This document shows positions 12,017 to 25,006 of a stretch of 64,000 nucleotides of DNA, piece by piece (position 1 is the first letter of the stretch; the number at the start of each line of letters is the position of its first letter). Under the pieces are notes generated by a model that had not been told where the DNA came from, did no database searches, and saw nothing but the letters and a program-made list of their open reading frames with translations. Made by a program: the position numbers and the translations under genes. The stretch spans positions 18,219,938-18,283,937 of the forward strand of contig NC_069001.1 of NCBI RefSeq assembly GCF_001194135.2. The letters are read 5' to 3'. Source of the stretch: Octopus bimaculoides (Eukaryota).

Positions 12017-13377
12017 AACAAACAAGATGAGGACAAATATCCGTCAAATGTAAATAATGTACATAATTCCTCATCTCTTAAATAAGAAATGTAATTCAAA
12101 GGAATCAGATTATATAAGCATTACATTTGATAGAATAATCTGAATGTTAAAGGGTTAATCATACAAATCAATTCCAGTAGTTACTGTTTTAAAATTGGTA
12201 CTTATTTTATTAATCTCTTTTGTTGAACCACTAAGTAATGGAAATGTGAACAAATGCATGAAGGTGTGCAGTAAGAAGCTTGCTTCCCAACCACATGATT
12301 CCGCATTCAGTCCCACAGTGTTGCACTTTGGGCAGGGGTCTTCTACTATAGCCTTGGGCCAATCAAAGCCTTATTGGTGGATTTTGTTGACAGAAACTGA
12401 AAGAAGCCCAAGGTGCCATGCAGTGGGACTGAAACCAGAACCATGTGGTTGGGAAACAAACTTCTTATCACAGAGCCATGCTTATTTAATAAATATTGAA
12501 GAAACCATAGTTTATTTCTAAAAATATAATATAATCAGATAGTCCTATCATATAAACTGAGTTTGTTTTTTAAAAAATATCTTGTTAAATAAAAATTGAA
12601 GAACTCTTGAGATTACGAGATCACTTATTGCAAGATGTGCCTATTAAATACAGCAGGTCTGAACAGATAGGTAAAGTAACACTGATTAGCTGTTATCTTT
12701 CTCCTGTGCTGCATGTAAGTGAAGGGGTGTAGGGTGTGTGAGATGTAGGGTATATGGTGTATATGAAGTACAGGGGATGTTCAGGGATGCGTAACACCTT
12801 AGATAGAAGCACATGCTATGTATCTCTAAGTCCAAAAAAGCTATAGCTTGTACTGTGGCCACACTCTGGAAAAGCACTTTGATAGGTAGATTAAACCAGG
12901 TAAGGGTTAATCATCAGATATGTAACCCTCAATGAATTAGGGCATGGACACAGGTGAGAAAATACTAACAACAATCCAAAAGCTCAACAAGACGTTATTG
13001 AGGCCTTCATCATCTGCTCTGATCATGACTGCTTCCACCTCCAACCATTCCAACCACTAACCTTCTTGACCTTGTCTTAATTAAACGACAATATTTGACC
13101 TTCTAAGGCAGTGAGTGTCAGAGTTGTAAGCATGCCAGGCAAAATGCTTAATGGCTTCTTATTTATCTTCATGTTCTCCATTCAAATTCAACCAAGGTTG
13201 ACTTTACCTTTCAATCTTCCAGGGTTGATAAAATAAGTACTAGTGGAGCACTGGGGGTCAATGAAAGCAACTTACGCCCTCCCCCAAACTTATTGGCCTT
13301 GTGCCAAAATTTAAAACCAATATCATACCTTGTAACATTAAAAGACACAACTTGATACACGCACACACACACACACA

Positions 13378-13608
13378 GGCAGCAAGCTGGCAGAAACGTT
13401 AGCACGCCGGGCGAAATGCTTATCGGTATTTCGTCTGCCGCTACATTCTGAGTTCAAATTCCGCTGAGGTCGACTTTGCCTTTCATCCTTTCGGGGTCGA
13501 TTAAATAAGTACCAGTTACGCACTGGGGTCGGTATAATCGACTTAATCCGTTTGTCTGTCCTTGTTTGTCCCCTCTGTGTGTAGCCCCTTGTGGGTAGTA
13601 AAGAAATA
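13378..13608 (+). mobile_element. SINE family A, CpG-rich (young-looking) copy
   Basis: Retains many CpGs (cacgccgggcgaaa, ttcggggtcga). An older copy sits directly upstream at ~13105-13320. Confidence 0.8.
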
Positions 13609-13869
13609 ACACACACACACACACACAGTGGGCAGGTTTCTACAGTTTCCATCTTGCAAATTCCACTTAAATGAGCCAACCTTAGGCTCCAGTAGAAACG
13701 ACTTGACCCTAAGTGTCACTTAGTAGCAGTGAACTTGGAACCAAGTTGTTGCAAAGGACACACCTTAATCAAATGGCTATATGCATACATCCATATACAT
13801 ATGTATAAACACACACTCACACATTAAAACTTTACTGTTATAAGATATCTATCTATCTATCTATCTATC

Positions 13870-13907
<38 letters not shown>

Positions 13908-16900
13908 TTCCCATTTAAACAAGACAACTATAACAGACTATGACAAATGTGTGTGTGTATGTGTGTGTGCATTCACACACACATATATGCGTTTGTATAT
14001 GTATACATACACATCCCCCCATACTTATGTATGTATATGCACGTATGTATTTATATATATAAGATGAACAATATGCTTTCATTTGAAGCTACACACAATT
14101 GTTCTTGAATCTGCTACACATTTTGGTTATTGAGAGAGCGAGAGAGAGAAGTAGAGAAGAATTAGAGAAAATATGAGAAAAGGGGAGAGAGAGTATAAGA
14201 GAGAGGGGAGGAGAAAAAGAAACAGAGATGTGTGGGTGACGGAAGGGTGTGTGAAACAGGAAAAAAATGTCTTCAGGTTTGTACAACTGGTTTTTCCAGT
14301 TTTTAAGTAAGGAAGAAAAGATTTGAAGAACAGCAGAGGGGTTGGTGAGTTCAAACCACATTGAAGTTAAAAATATTCTAACTTCAATGGAATCTCAACA
14401 ATGAAGTCGTCAACCTGTTAGCTATATTTCATTTTTGAATTTTTTTGAAATATTACTATACACCCAGCTGGGTATCTGTTGTGGAAGGATTCCAACCACC
14501 CTCCCAAACGACTACAGGTGGACTGACTCACTGTTATAAAGTAAAGAACAGTGAATGATTTGCAGTTCAGATTGGTAAGCAGTGCACTGTGAGCTGTTGA
14601 TTGGGAGTGTTGAGTCTTGTGTAATAGTAACAGTTGTGTGTCATGTAAATACTTTCTCCCCCCCCCCTCGCTTCGTTAAATTATATATCCAATGCGAGGA
14701 TACAAAAGTATCTAATGTCACATTATATTCACAAGTGATTACAAATCCTGTTGAGGTTTAACTTTGCTTTGCACCCTCTTGAGGTCAATAAGATAAAACA
14801 TCAGATAGGTGCTGGGGTTGATGGAATCATCTAACATTCTCCCATCAAAATTGCTGGTTCTCTGCCAAAATTAGAAACCATCATCTACCCAGCTGTTTAA
14901 GGTTTCATAAGAATGTCATAATCATCCTCATTACCATTATCATTAATCCTTTGATATTAATGAGACACAAGGAGCTTCTACTTGAGTGGTTACCAACCTA
15001 TTGGTCTACAACCCAAATTGGGTTAGGGTTTAATTTTGAAAAAATGATCAAATGGCAGCATTAAAGCATTGGGAAATATGTCCTACAATAACTTTTCTTC
15101 CTTTCTGCAAACTGTGTTCAAATCCAGCTGAGATTGATGTTGCCCCCCAAACCCTCTTACAAGACAGCACAGCTGAATAAAGAGAAACAGAGATAGGGTG
15201 GGTTAGAAAAAAATGACACCAGAACTTTAGTAAGAGGGTTCTGGGGGATAACAGTATCTCTTGCCTCCAGCAGAGGCAAACTGATCAAGGGTCTAACAAC
15301 CTCTTATTTAACATGCTTCAAAAATTATCTAAACAAACTAGAAAGTGTGGACAGAACAATGTCTTGTAATGCTATGGAACAGCTCATAAACCAGAAAAGG
15401 TAGCAAAGACAAAACTGTTTTACTTTGGAAATATTCTAAAGTAATAGGTACCAGTAATTACAGTCACTACCACTTAGGATAGCTAAGTGAAGTGAAAAGC
15501 ACTCCACAGAACAGGATATAAACCAACTGGTTATCTGTTAAACCAATCAACATGATCTGTTGAAAACAATTTTCATTGGCTGAAATTAAAACCAGCCATT
15601 GATTAAATGACAGCATGATTAAATGACAGAAGGTCAAAAAAGATATTTGTTTGAAATGATTAAGACACAGTTGTTACTCAACTCTTTGGTTGGTTGGTTG
15701 GTTGGTTGACTGACTGAATAAATATCTATTATGCTTCTTGGAACACTGTCTATCAACCAAGGGTAGGTGTGGCCTTGGGCTTTACTCTATTCTGGCTGGT
15801 GGCTTTAGAGTTTGCTCTGTTCTGATCTGGTGCTTATCACCCACAGGCAATGTCTTTCTTCATTTGTTCATTTCTGTTTGACCTTTTTATTTTTTACTAG
15901 TTTCACACATTATGCTGCAGCCATACTGGGGCACCAACTTGAGGAATTTCAGCCAAACTAATTGACCCCAGTATTTATTTTCTTTCTTCTAAGCCTTGTA
16001 CTTATTCTATCAGTGTCTTTTGCTGAACCACTAAGTTATGGGGATGTAAACAGACAAACATCAGTTGTCAAGCAGTGGTGGGGGCAAACATAGACACGAC
16101 GACACCACACACAACAAGCTTCTTTCAGTTTCCACGTACCAATCCACTCACAAGGCTTTGGTTGGCACATGGCTATTGTAGAATACACTCACCCAAGGTA
16201 CCATGCAGTGGAACTGAACCAAGGATCATGTGATTGGGAAGCAAACTTCTTACCACACAGCATATTTGTTTATGTTTTTGTTGGCCACATGTTCAACTGT
16301 CTTACCAGAATATCACCATTATCATTAATTTTTTAGTGGGGGGTGGGTGTCCCTTCTCTGATCCTAATATTTATGGACAGTTTTCTTCCTCATGAGCCAA
16401 TCTTTTTTAAAAGGGATTTTGGTAGATGCTCATAGCATTTCTTTCTCCATGACCAGACATGAAAATTGCTCAATATTGAATTTCTCCACGTCTTTTTTAA
16501 TCATATCAATTGATCACAAGAGTGATTTACCTTGTTTTATCACACAACCTTGGCCTTCCCCATAACCTCCCTTCATGCAGAAGGAGATATGTTTGTGTAT
16601 GCATTTGTACATATGCATGTGTATATATGTATGTGTGCTTGTGAGTATTTATACATGTATACAACAAGGTAGTGAAATATGATCTTTGGTTGTTGAGTTT
16701 CACAGAGGCAATGACAAGTAACCAAGACTTCTGGCAATTTGCTGTGATTGAGAAGATACATCAAACTAAGTGCTTTGTAGTCAATGCTGGTGACATGTAA
16801 AAGGCACCTGTACCAGTGATACATAAAGGATACCCAATACACTTTGTAGAGTGATTGGCATTAGGAAGGGCATTTAGCTGTAGAAACTATGCCAAAACAG

Positions 16901-17559
16901 ACTGGAGTCTGGTGCAGCTTTCCAGCTTATCAGTTCCAGTCAAACTCTCTAACCCGTTCCAATATAGAAAACAGATACTAAATGATGATAATTCCAAGTT
17001 TAAATAGGAGCTCTATCATCATTGTTTTAATGTGCACTTTTCCATGCTTGTATGGGTCAGATGGAATTTGTTGAGGCAGATTTTCTATGGCTGAATGCCC
17101 TTCCTGACATCAACCCTCATCTGTTTCCAAGTAAGTGAATCCAGACATGTTTTCACAAAAGATTGGAAATGAAGGACATCATTTGCTTCATGGTGACACT
17201 TGTTTACAACTACCATGTGATGTCAAATCGAGGAGTCAGCAACATAAACACACAATTATACACACGTACATGACAGGCTTCTTTCAGTTTGTCGACCAAA
17301 TCTACTCACAAGACTTTGGATAGCTCAGGGCCATAGTAGAAGACACTTGCCCAAGATGCTATGCAACAGGATTAAACTTGAAGCCATATGGCTGGAATGC
17401 AAACTTCTTACCACACAGTCACACCAGTGCCTAGTTTTATATGTGTATGTGTGAATGTATGTATGTATATATGTGTATGCGTGTGTATGTATATATATAT
17501 GTGTGTGTATGTATGTATATATATGTATGTGTGTATATATATATATATGTGTGTGTGTG

Positions 17560-17590
<31 letters not shown>

Positions 17591-17910
17591 TTGTATATGA
17601 ATATTTAGGGAAGGTGTGATATGAGGGAGATTTTGCTATTTTTAATTGCATTAGGTGAATCAACAACAATGAGCTTCTTTTCCTCCTTTTACTGACTTGT
17701 ATAGGCCTAAAAGACTTGCTGCACAATATACAAGATCATAACATATCTCTGGTAGGTTGTTACACAAGTCTCCTTAACAGCTTTAATTTAGTGGAGAAGG
17801 CCAACACAAAATTATTTATTTGGCAGAGAGGAAGAAAATTAAAATGTGTTAATATGTCCTGGCAAACCTTAAGAACGAATACAAAGAAAGTATTTCAGTT
17901 ACCTGGGAAT

Positions 17911-18295
17911 CATCATCATCATCGTTTAACGTCCGCTTTCCATGCTAGCATGGGTTGAACGATTTGACTGAGGACTGGTGAACCAGGTGGCTACACCAGG
18001 CTCCAATCTTATTTGGCAGGGTTTCTACAGCTGGATGCCCTTCCTAATGCCAACCACTCCAAGAGTGTAGTGGGAGCTTTTACGTGCCAAGTTTAGTGTT
18101 CAATGAAAGAAACATAGGTATGGATGCCAGTCGTCAAATTTAGTTCGATTTCGATTTCACTTGCCTCAACAGGTCTTCGCAAGCGAAGTTTAGTGTCTGA
18201 TGAAGGAAAGATACACATAAGCTAGGCCTTGGATTTTTGTCTCACTTGGCTTGCCGGGTCTTCTCACGCACAGCATATTTCCAAAGGTCTCAGCG
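17911..18295 (-). mobile_element. RTE-type 3' tail plus internal UTR segment
   Basis: 17911-18088 matches 6864-7055. 18090-18295 matches 49510-49730 (gatttcgatttcacttgcctcaacaggtc). Confidence 0.65.
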
Positions 18296-19229
18296 AGTTC
18301 AAATTCTGCCCTTTGTTAGAAAATTACACCAGAAGTGCTCACAAACATTAAAGACATATGTACCTTTTAATTATTTTGAAGCCCCCATGAAATGTAAGGG
18401 CCTTAAACTGCAGCTTGTTTAACTTACACGTAAGTCTGGCGCTACCAACACATTCAGAATACATAGAAATAACATTATGATCCTATAGAATTTAAAGGTG
18501 TTACCATTATTGATATTATTCAATGTGAGGTATAAACACAAATTTAAAAGGTTTTACATTCATAGTAAACTATAACTCTTTCAAACTTTGACACAAAGCC
18601 AGCAATCATAGGGGCAGAGGCTAATCAATTACATTGACTACAGTACTTGACTAGTACTTTATTTTATCAAGCCCAAAAAGATGAAAGGCAAAACTAACCT
18701 CAGCAGGATTTGAGCCCAGCATGTTAGAAAATGCCACTAAGCATTTTGTCCAATGCACTAACAATTCTGGCAGCTCATCAGTTCGTAGCAAACTATAATA
18801 TAGAACACAAGGTATTTGATGCTTCTTTGTTTCCAGGTCCACATGTAAGTAAATGTAGTTTACCTTGATAGAAGTAGGGGTTTCCCAAGCAAATGGTGGG
18901 GAGATAAAGTGTTTTTTAAGGAAAAATGTCAAATACAGTAAAGAAGGTCATTATTTTAAGGAGAAATAAAAGTGTTTGTTGTCAATCATTCTCATCTAAA
19001 AATATTCAATACACTTGTATAATTAAACAGCCCTGTTTTGATCACAATTAGAAAAGTATAATCAATATATTTGTTGGTTCCATCTACAATAATGACAACA
19101 TCATATTGGATACTTTTAGAAATGCTTCGCTTAGGAAAAGTAGACTCCCCCACCCTCAATGGATGGTGCTGAAAGAACTGAAAAAGGGACAGATTAATTA
19201 TCATGTTTAATAAGATTTAGATAATTTTA

Positions 19230-19995
19230 AAACTTTTAAAATTTGCCTAGTGCTCTTAAGTGGCAATGGCATGGGTGCTTTCTATGTGTCACCAGCACCC
19301 ATGTGCCCACAAGATTAGGATTGCTCAGCTGAAGAGGAATGTAGGGGACAAACCTGTATGCAAGGATAACTAAGATTTTCCTTAGCTTAATATGTCTTCT
19401 CATTCTAATTCGAGCGGCTATGCTTTTGGAATAACCTCCACCACCTAAGTAATGGAAACTGTCTACTACTTCTAAGGATCCCTCCTGAGAGTCTATTTTT
19501 TGTACATTCCTGGTGTTTAATGTACCTGTACATCTTCCACATGTAAAAACTTCCAGTGATACTGCTGCACCTCTTATGCATCCATAGCTTGCACTGGGTA
19601 TACTGTATGGAGTTTCTACCAATGCCTTTTCTATATTGAGCAGGGCCATATCTCTGAAGGGATTTATGATTTGTCTGTTTTACTATTTGGTCTTTGCTAA
19701 ATCAACTCTAAGGCTCTTTGATTCCAGACCTTGCTTCCACACCTGAAATTTTTTCTCTAGTTCTGATAGAGATTCAAAAATAAGAACAAGGTCATTGGCA
19801 TAGAGGAGCTCTCATGGGCAGACTGTCTTAAATTCCTCTGTTATAGTCTGGAAGGCTATGATAAACAAGAGGGAGCTGAGAACTGATTCCTGGTGGATTC
19901 CTACTTGTACACTAAATTCCTTGCTATATTCATTGGCAACTTTCACCTTACTGACAACATCCCTGTACATGAATTTACAGCTCTCACTGACCAAT
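19230..19995 (-). pseudogene. RTE-clade LINE RT fragments
   Basis: SKVKVANEYSKEFSVQVGIHQESVLSSLLFII and LEVVDSFHYLG...SIAARIR, which parallel the RTE at 31581-32587. Confidence 0.8.
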
Positions 19996-20015
19996 CATCT
20001 ATCCCTAGCTTCCAC

Positions 20016-20063
<48 letters not shown>

Positions 20064-20068
<5 letters not shown>

Positions 20069-21107
20069 GAGCACTCAGAGAGCGCAAACCTCCACCAAGG
20101 CAACATCAACGTCCTCTCAACGATTAGCTAGAGATGATTTTTAAAATGAGAATATCTGAAATAAACTCGACTACTCTCACAAATGAGAATACCAAAAATG
20201 AACCCAACCGCTCACAAAAATTAAGTAAAACAACTGGAAAAATAATCCAGAATCTTTGTCCGGTACCTGATTGATCCCAATGGTAGTCATGGAATGTGAA
20301 GGTAGGTGTGTGGGCCATGTTTGTAATGTTGTGTATGTGTGTCATCTGCAATGGGAACAGGGACAGTTTTCTCTATGAAGGCTTTTTTTTAGTCTATCAA
20401 CTGATATAGTGTCTTTATGACCATTAAGGTCTATAGTGAAAAATTTATCCATGTGTGAAAGAAAACAAAGTTCTTGCATCCGGTGCTTTTAACGGAGGTT
20501 TAACAACATCGGTGTGCACAAAAACATGAGTCCAAAAAGTAAAGCTTCCTTCAAGGCAGAGCTAGAAATGCAATTGTCAAGTAGGTAAGAGGTTTTAAAC
20601 AGGAGCGATGTATTCAAAATTGGTAAAATTAAAAATTGTCAAGGGTAATTAAATTTATTATGGTTACTGAATGTTAGTGTTATTTAATTTCTGAATGGTT
20701 TTGCTGCCGTTTGTTTATGTAGTTTGATTTCTTTATCCATCAGTTTCTACTAAGATAGAGACGCGAGTAAAATTAATAATAGAGAAACGAAAATAAAACT
20801 TTGGAAATAGCAATGCCGCCATAACTTACATGGAAACCACGAGCACGCTTTCAAGGGGGATAATCAGAGAAAGACTTGAAAGTCAACGCAAGATCGTAGT
20901 ACTTCATGTAAAGTAAATACAACAAATAATCCAGAATCCTTGTCTGGTACTGGATCGATCCCAAAATCTAATCTGTTTGTGCCAGCCACGAGGCCAAACA
21001 TCTCTAAAAGTTTCATCCGAATCCATTCAGCGATTCTTGAGATATCTTGTCCACAGACAAACAAACAACACTAAAACAATACCTCTGCCTTCGCTAAGTC
21101 GGAGGTA
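20064..21107 (+). mobile_element. Non-autonomous element with subterminal motif and 3' hairpin (HINE/Helentron-like)
   Basis: 5' motif acctccacc (20088-96), 3' hairpin tacctctgcct-tcgcta-agtcggaggta (21080-21107), internal ~40-bp direct repeat at 20241-20280 and 20924-20963, and (TAA)n flanks. Confidence 0.45.
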
Positions 21108-22264
21108 ATAATGATGATGATGAGGATTTCAAATTCTGGCACAAAACCAGCAAATTTGGGAGAGGGCCAAGTCGATTACATTGGCCCCATACCTCACTGG
21201 TACTTACCTTATCGACCCCCAAAAAGATGAAAGGCAAAGTCAACCCCTGTGGAATGTGAACTCAGAATATAAAGATGGACAAAATGTTGCTCAGCATTTT
21301 GTCCAGCATGCTAACGATTCTGCCAGCTTGCTGCAATAATAATAATAAACTGCCAAGGCTCCCTAGTCGGTTACATTAAGTCGTTTGATGTGATGAATGT
21401 CCCCAATTTAGCGCAAGTCCAAGCCTGTCTTGAATTACCTGGGGGAAAATATTGTTCCTGAGAACAAAATAAATAAGATGAGAGAATGATGGGGAAATCA
21501 GAAAGAATGAGATAATGGTGTGAACCCAAGAGACATATAATTAAATAAAACAACAAAAAAAACAAGCAAATAACGTGTGTGTGCGTGTAATTATATTAAA
21601 ATATTTGTAAAAGGTTAAGGCCTGTTCAATATCGCTAGCTAACGAGCGATAAGCAAAAGACATGTGGTTTATTGGTGTATAAAGAACATCGTTTTCAGCG
21701 AGATCCTGGACGAATTTATAACACTATCTCTGTCTCTCACATTCGATCTATCCACCTAACCATCTATATAACTAAACCACTCTATAGAGATATCGGGATC
21801 TTCTAAATAAGGAAACTGACTAAATAATGGAAATTAAGGCCTTTTATATATACATATATGTACTTTTCAGATGTTTAGCAGTTCGCCCAGTATTGTGGTT
21901 GGAAGGACTTGGCCACGCCCTCAACATTACTGACTCTTGCAAGAACCGGCAACAGCAGTAGTAACCTACTTCAACAGTGGCGGGGCTTCTGTGTGGTCAA
22001 CCACCTTGCTAGAAATAGCACATAAATATTACTCATGTAATATATTGTCATTGTGTTTGTTTTTAAAAGAGAATGCGATATGTGATCGCGAACGTATTTC
22101 GAGTAACAATGAATGGAGTAATATATATACACACACTCTTACACCAATGGATTCATCGATCTTTCCTCTTGTTTGTTGTATATGACACATAAACGTATGT
22201 TTGTGTACATACGCAGATACATAAACATAGCGACGCACACACATATACAGACAGTAAACATGCC

Positions 22265-22298
<34 letters not shown>

Positions 22299-22474
22299 AA
22301 TATAAATAGAGAGAAAGACGGAGAGAGAGGGAGGAGGAATAGAGAGAAATACAAAGGCATGTTTAGTAAATATAACGGATAGTTAAAACAAGAACACGCG
22401 TTTCTCTTTCTCACACTCACTGTGTCACATACACACACATGCGTTCAATAATGAACCCCTACATGGTCACTTGA

Positions 22475-22685
22475 CTCGCTAGAAATAACAGCCCAATCAC
22501 TCTCCAATCATACTGTACAGTCTCAAAAATATCGTGCGAGTGAGGGGGGGGGGCGCATTGGACAAAGATACCTAAATACTCTGTAGATGGAAGAAATAAA
22601 TGAATAAAAATAGATTTGTGGTTTTGGTTGAAGTACCTTTTAATCATGGGTTCTGTTTGACCAGGGCTAAACTTACAGGGAAGCA
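22475..22685 (+). mobile_element. SINE-like repeat family E (gctcgac.tgctagaaatagcagccaa...)
   Basis: Recurs at ~23105-23300, 25185-25385 and 27485-27660, with fragments at 43390-43470 and 43800-43830. Confidence 0.55.
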
Positions 22686-22994
22686 NNNNNNNNNNNNNNN
22701 NNNNNNNNNNNNNNNNNNNNNNNNNNNNNNNNNNNNNNNNNNNNNNNNNNNNNNNNNNNNNNNNNNNNNNNNNNNNNNNNNNNNNNNNNNNNNNNNNNNN
22801 NNNNNNNNNNNNNNNNNNNNNNNNNNNGAAAAAATATATATATATATATTTTATATATACATATATATATATATATATAAAAGAAGCGCAGAAACACGAA
22901 GAAACGTGAGATATGATCTCCTAATACACTTTCTGAAGAAATATGACGTGAAGCTCACGCTTGGAATGTCGATCAGGGTTATGACATGTGGTTA

Positions 22995-23027
<33 letters not shown>

Positions 23028-23780
23028 GTAGTTGGGTAACTCTTGCAGACAATGGTGAAGATTAATTTTTTTAATGCATGACATTAAAAACGAGCCAACG
23101 AGAGAGTCTCTAAAGAGTCGCTCGACATGCTAAAAAGAGTAGCGAAATATTCTTCAAACCTCAAACCACTGTTTTAAAATTAAACAAAAACAGAAAGACA
23201 CGTTGGATGAAGTCGTTAGTAAACTGTCTGGTGAAAAAGACGGTATGTTCGTGGCTGGAGCGCCTTTGATCATGGGAATGGTCGATTAGGACGGATCTAT
23301 GGCTTCGTAACATACTGTAAATTTATGATTAAAAGATAATCGAATTTTGAACGTCATCGAATGCGCACATGCTTCAAATAATTACGCGCGCACGCGCACA
23401 CATATACACACTCACATAGATATATATGTGTATATGTAAATACAGACATACGTTATAGACACATTATATACACATATACATACATATACAATATACACAT
23501 ACATTATATACTCATATATACACACATGCATTATATATACTTACACATTATATATACATATATACACATACATACATAACATACATTGCGCGCGCGCACC
23601 CCCACGTATACATTACACGCACGCACACATCACGAAACAGGGAGTAATATCAGTCGACAACTGAAGAGGGGTTAGACTTCTTTTGGTATTTTGTCCCGTA
23701 CTTATCTCTCGTTGTGTGTTTACCTATTTTTCACTCGTTGGTGATGTCCTGTTCCTAATGCGTATTTTTTCATTTATTAT

Positions 23781-23811
<31 letters not shown>

Positions 23812-24186
23812 ACCATTAAAGCTGTCCTGTAATGGATTAGAAAAACCACACTAACATATATGGTGGTGGATCTCCATCGTTCAGCAACGAGGATTCAGTT
23901 ATTCGAATAACTGAATTAGCTGCTCCTCAATTCGCGTATAAAGTGACTGAGTATTCCAAGACACGTGCACTCCAACGTAACAGAGTGTAACAAAGCTGTA
24001 CCTTTTGAATTACAAGTACAATCGATCCATCCACCAAAAGGCTTCCTAACACTTTCCCTCAACCAAATTCAGTCACAAGACATGGGTCGATCCGAGGCAA
24101 TAGAAAATAACATTTGCCCAAAAGAACTCGGGACCTCGTGGTTAAGAACCATTCGGTTACACTGCAGCTACTCCAAAATATATATA

Positions 24187-24733
24187 CAAGGTGTCCAAAA
24201 ATAAAAATTTAAAAAATTGACATCATTTCGTAGTCTCGTAACATAGCCAATTCTTGCTCAAATGATCTCAAATTTTAACAAAATGTGTAAAAACTAAGTT
24301 TGGATCGCGCATGACAAAGTGCTATTGAAATGGCCACCACGTTTACTTCACTTGACACCTTGTGATTTTTTCTATGGGACTATGTGAAAGGACTGCACTA
24401 TACGCTCCCTCTTTCTACAAGCCTTGAGGAACTCAAGCAGAAAATCAGAGGTACTGGAGAATGTTACGCAAGACATGTGATGTTACAGCGTGTTTGGCAG
24501 GAGCTGGACTCCCGACTTGACGTGTGTCATGTCAAAGGCGGTACGCATATTGAACATTTGTGAAGCTTTGTGAAATCGGTTATAAAATGTACACCCATCT
24601 GAATCTCTTGTTCGAATTTTGATAAATAAATATTTTATTGTTCAACGTGAAGCCTATTTAATTTCGTTTGCCTCGGACACGCAGACACTCAATGAAGTCA
24701 TTCTTTTGTTTTGTTTTGGTGGGGGGCACCCTG
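24187..24733 (+). mobile_element. Internally deleted Tc1/mariner transposon retaining the transposase C-terminus
   Basis: TA|caaggtgtcc ... gggcaccctg|TA ends. Translation KWPPRLLHLTPCDFFLWDYVK...SLEELKQKIR...MLQRVWQELDSRLDVCHVKGGTHIEHL* matches the WPPRSPDLTPCDFFLWG motif region. Confidence 0.85.
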
Positions 24734-24741
24734 TATGCATA

Positions 24742-24791
<50 letters not shown>

Positions 24792-24792
<1 letters not shown>

Positions 24793-25006
24793 GAAGATGT
24801 GCTGAAAAGTTCCTGGCTTTAAGGGTGTCGCGAAATGCCAGGTTGGAGACCCAACCTTCAGAGTTCTTTTACAGAGACTAGAAAAACTGAAAGATCTCTG
24901 CAATAAGTGTGATTATGAGTGGGGAATATGTTGAATAAAATCATAATTAACTGATCCTCCTATATTCTCTTTGACTCAAAGCCAGAAACTTTTCAGCACC
25001 CACTAG
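24792..25006 (+). mobile_element. mariner-derived MITE
   Basis: TIRs gtgctgaaaagttcctggcttt / aaagccagaaacttttcagcac with TA on the left. A sister copy lies at 48149-48356. Confidence 0.8.

Larger units (their letters stand above)
11634..12091. mobile_element. Palindromic non-autonomous retroelement: tRNA-derived head + (AAT)n + hammerhead-like motif, with an inverted partial copy upstream
   Basis: Arms 11634-11837 and 11873-~12062 are reverse complements around a 35-nt loop. Flanking repeat taattc(c)aaagga at 11621-11633 and 12092-12103. A box at 11842-11852, B box at 11885-11896. Confidence 0.8.

Noticed and set aside
12988-13016. Possible hammerhead on the minus strand (gatgatgaaggcctcaataacgtc), near a weak FLDLEI peptide at ~12820
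   Set aside because: No intact CUGA, GAAA or stem II, so it is too degraded to support.
23661-23690. CTGAAGA-gggg-ttaga-cttc hammerhead-like half
   Set aside because: The GAAA and cleavage-site half is missing.
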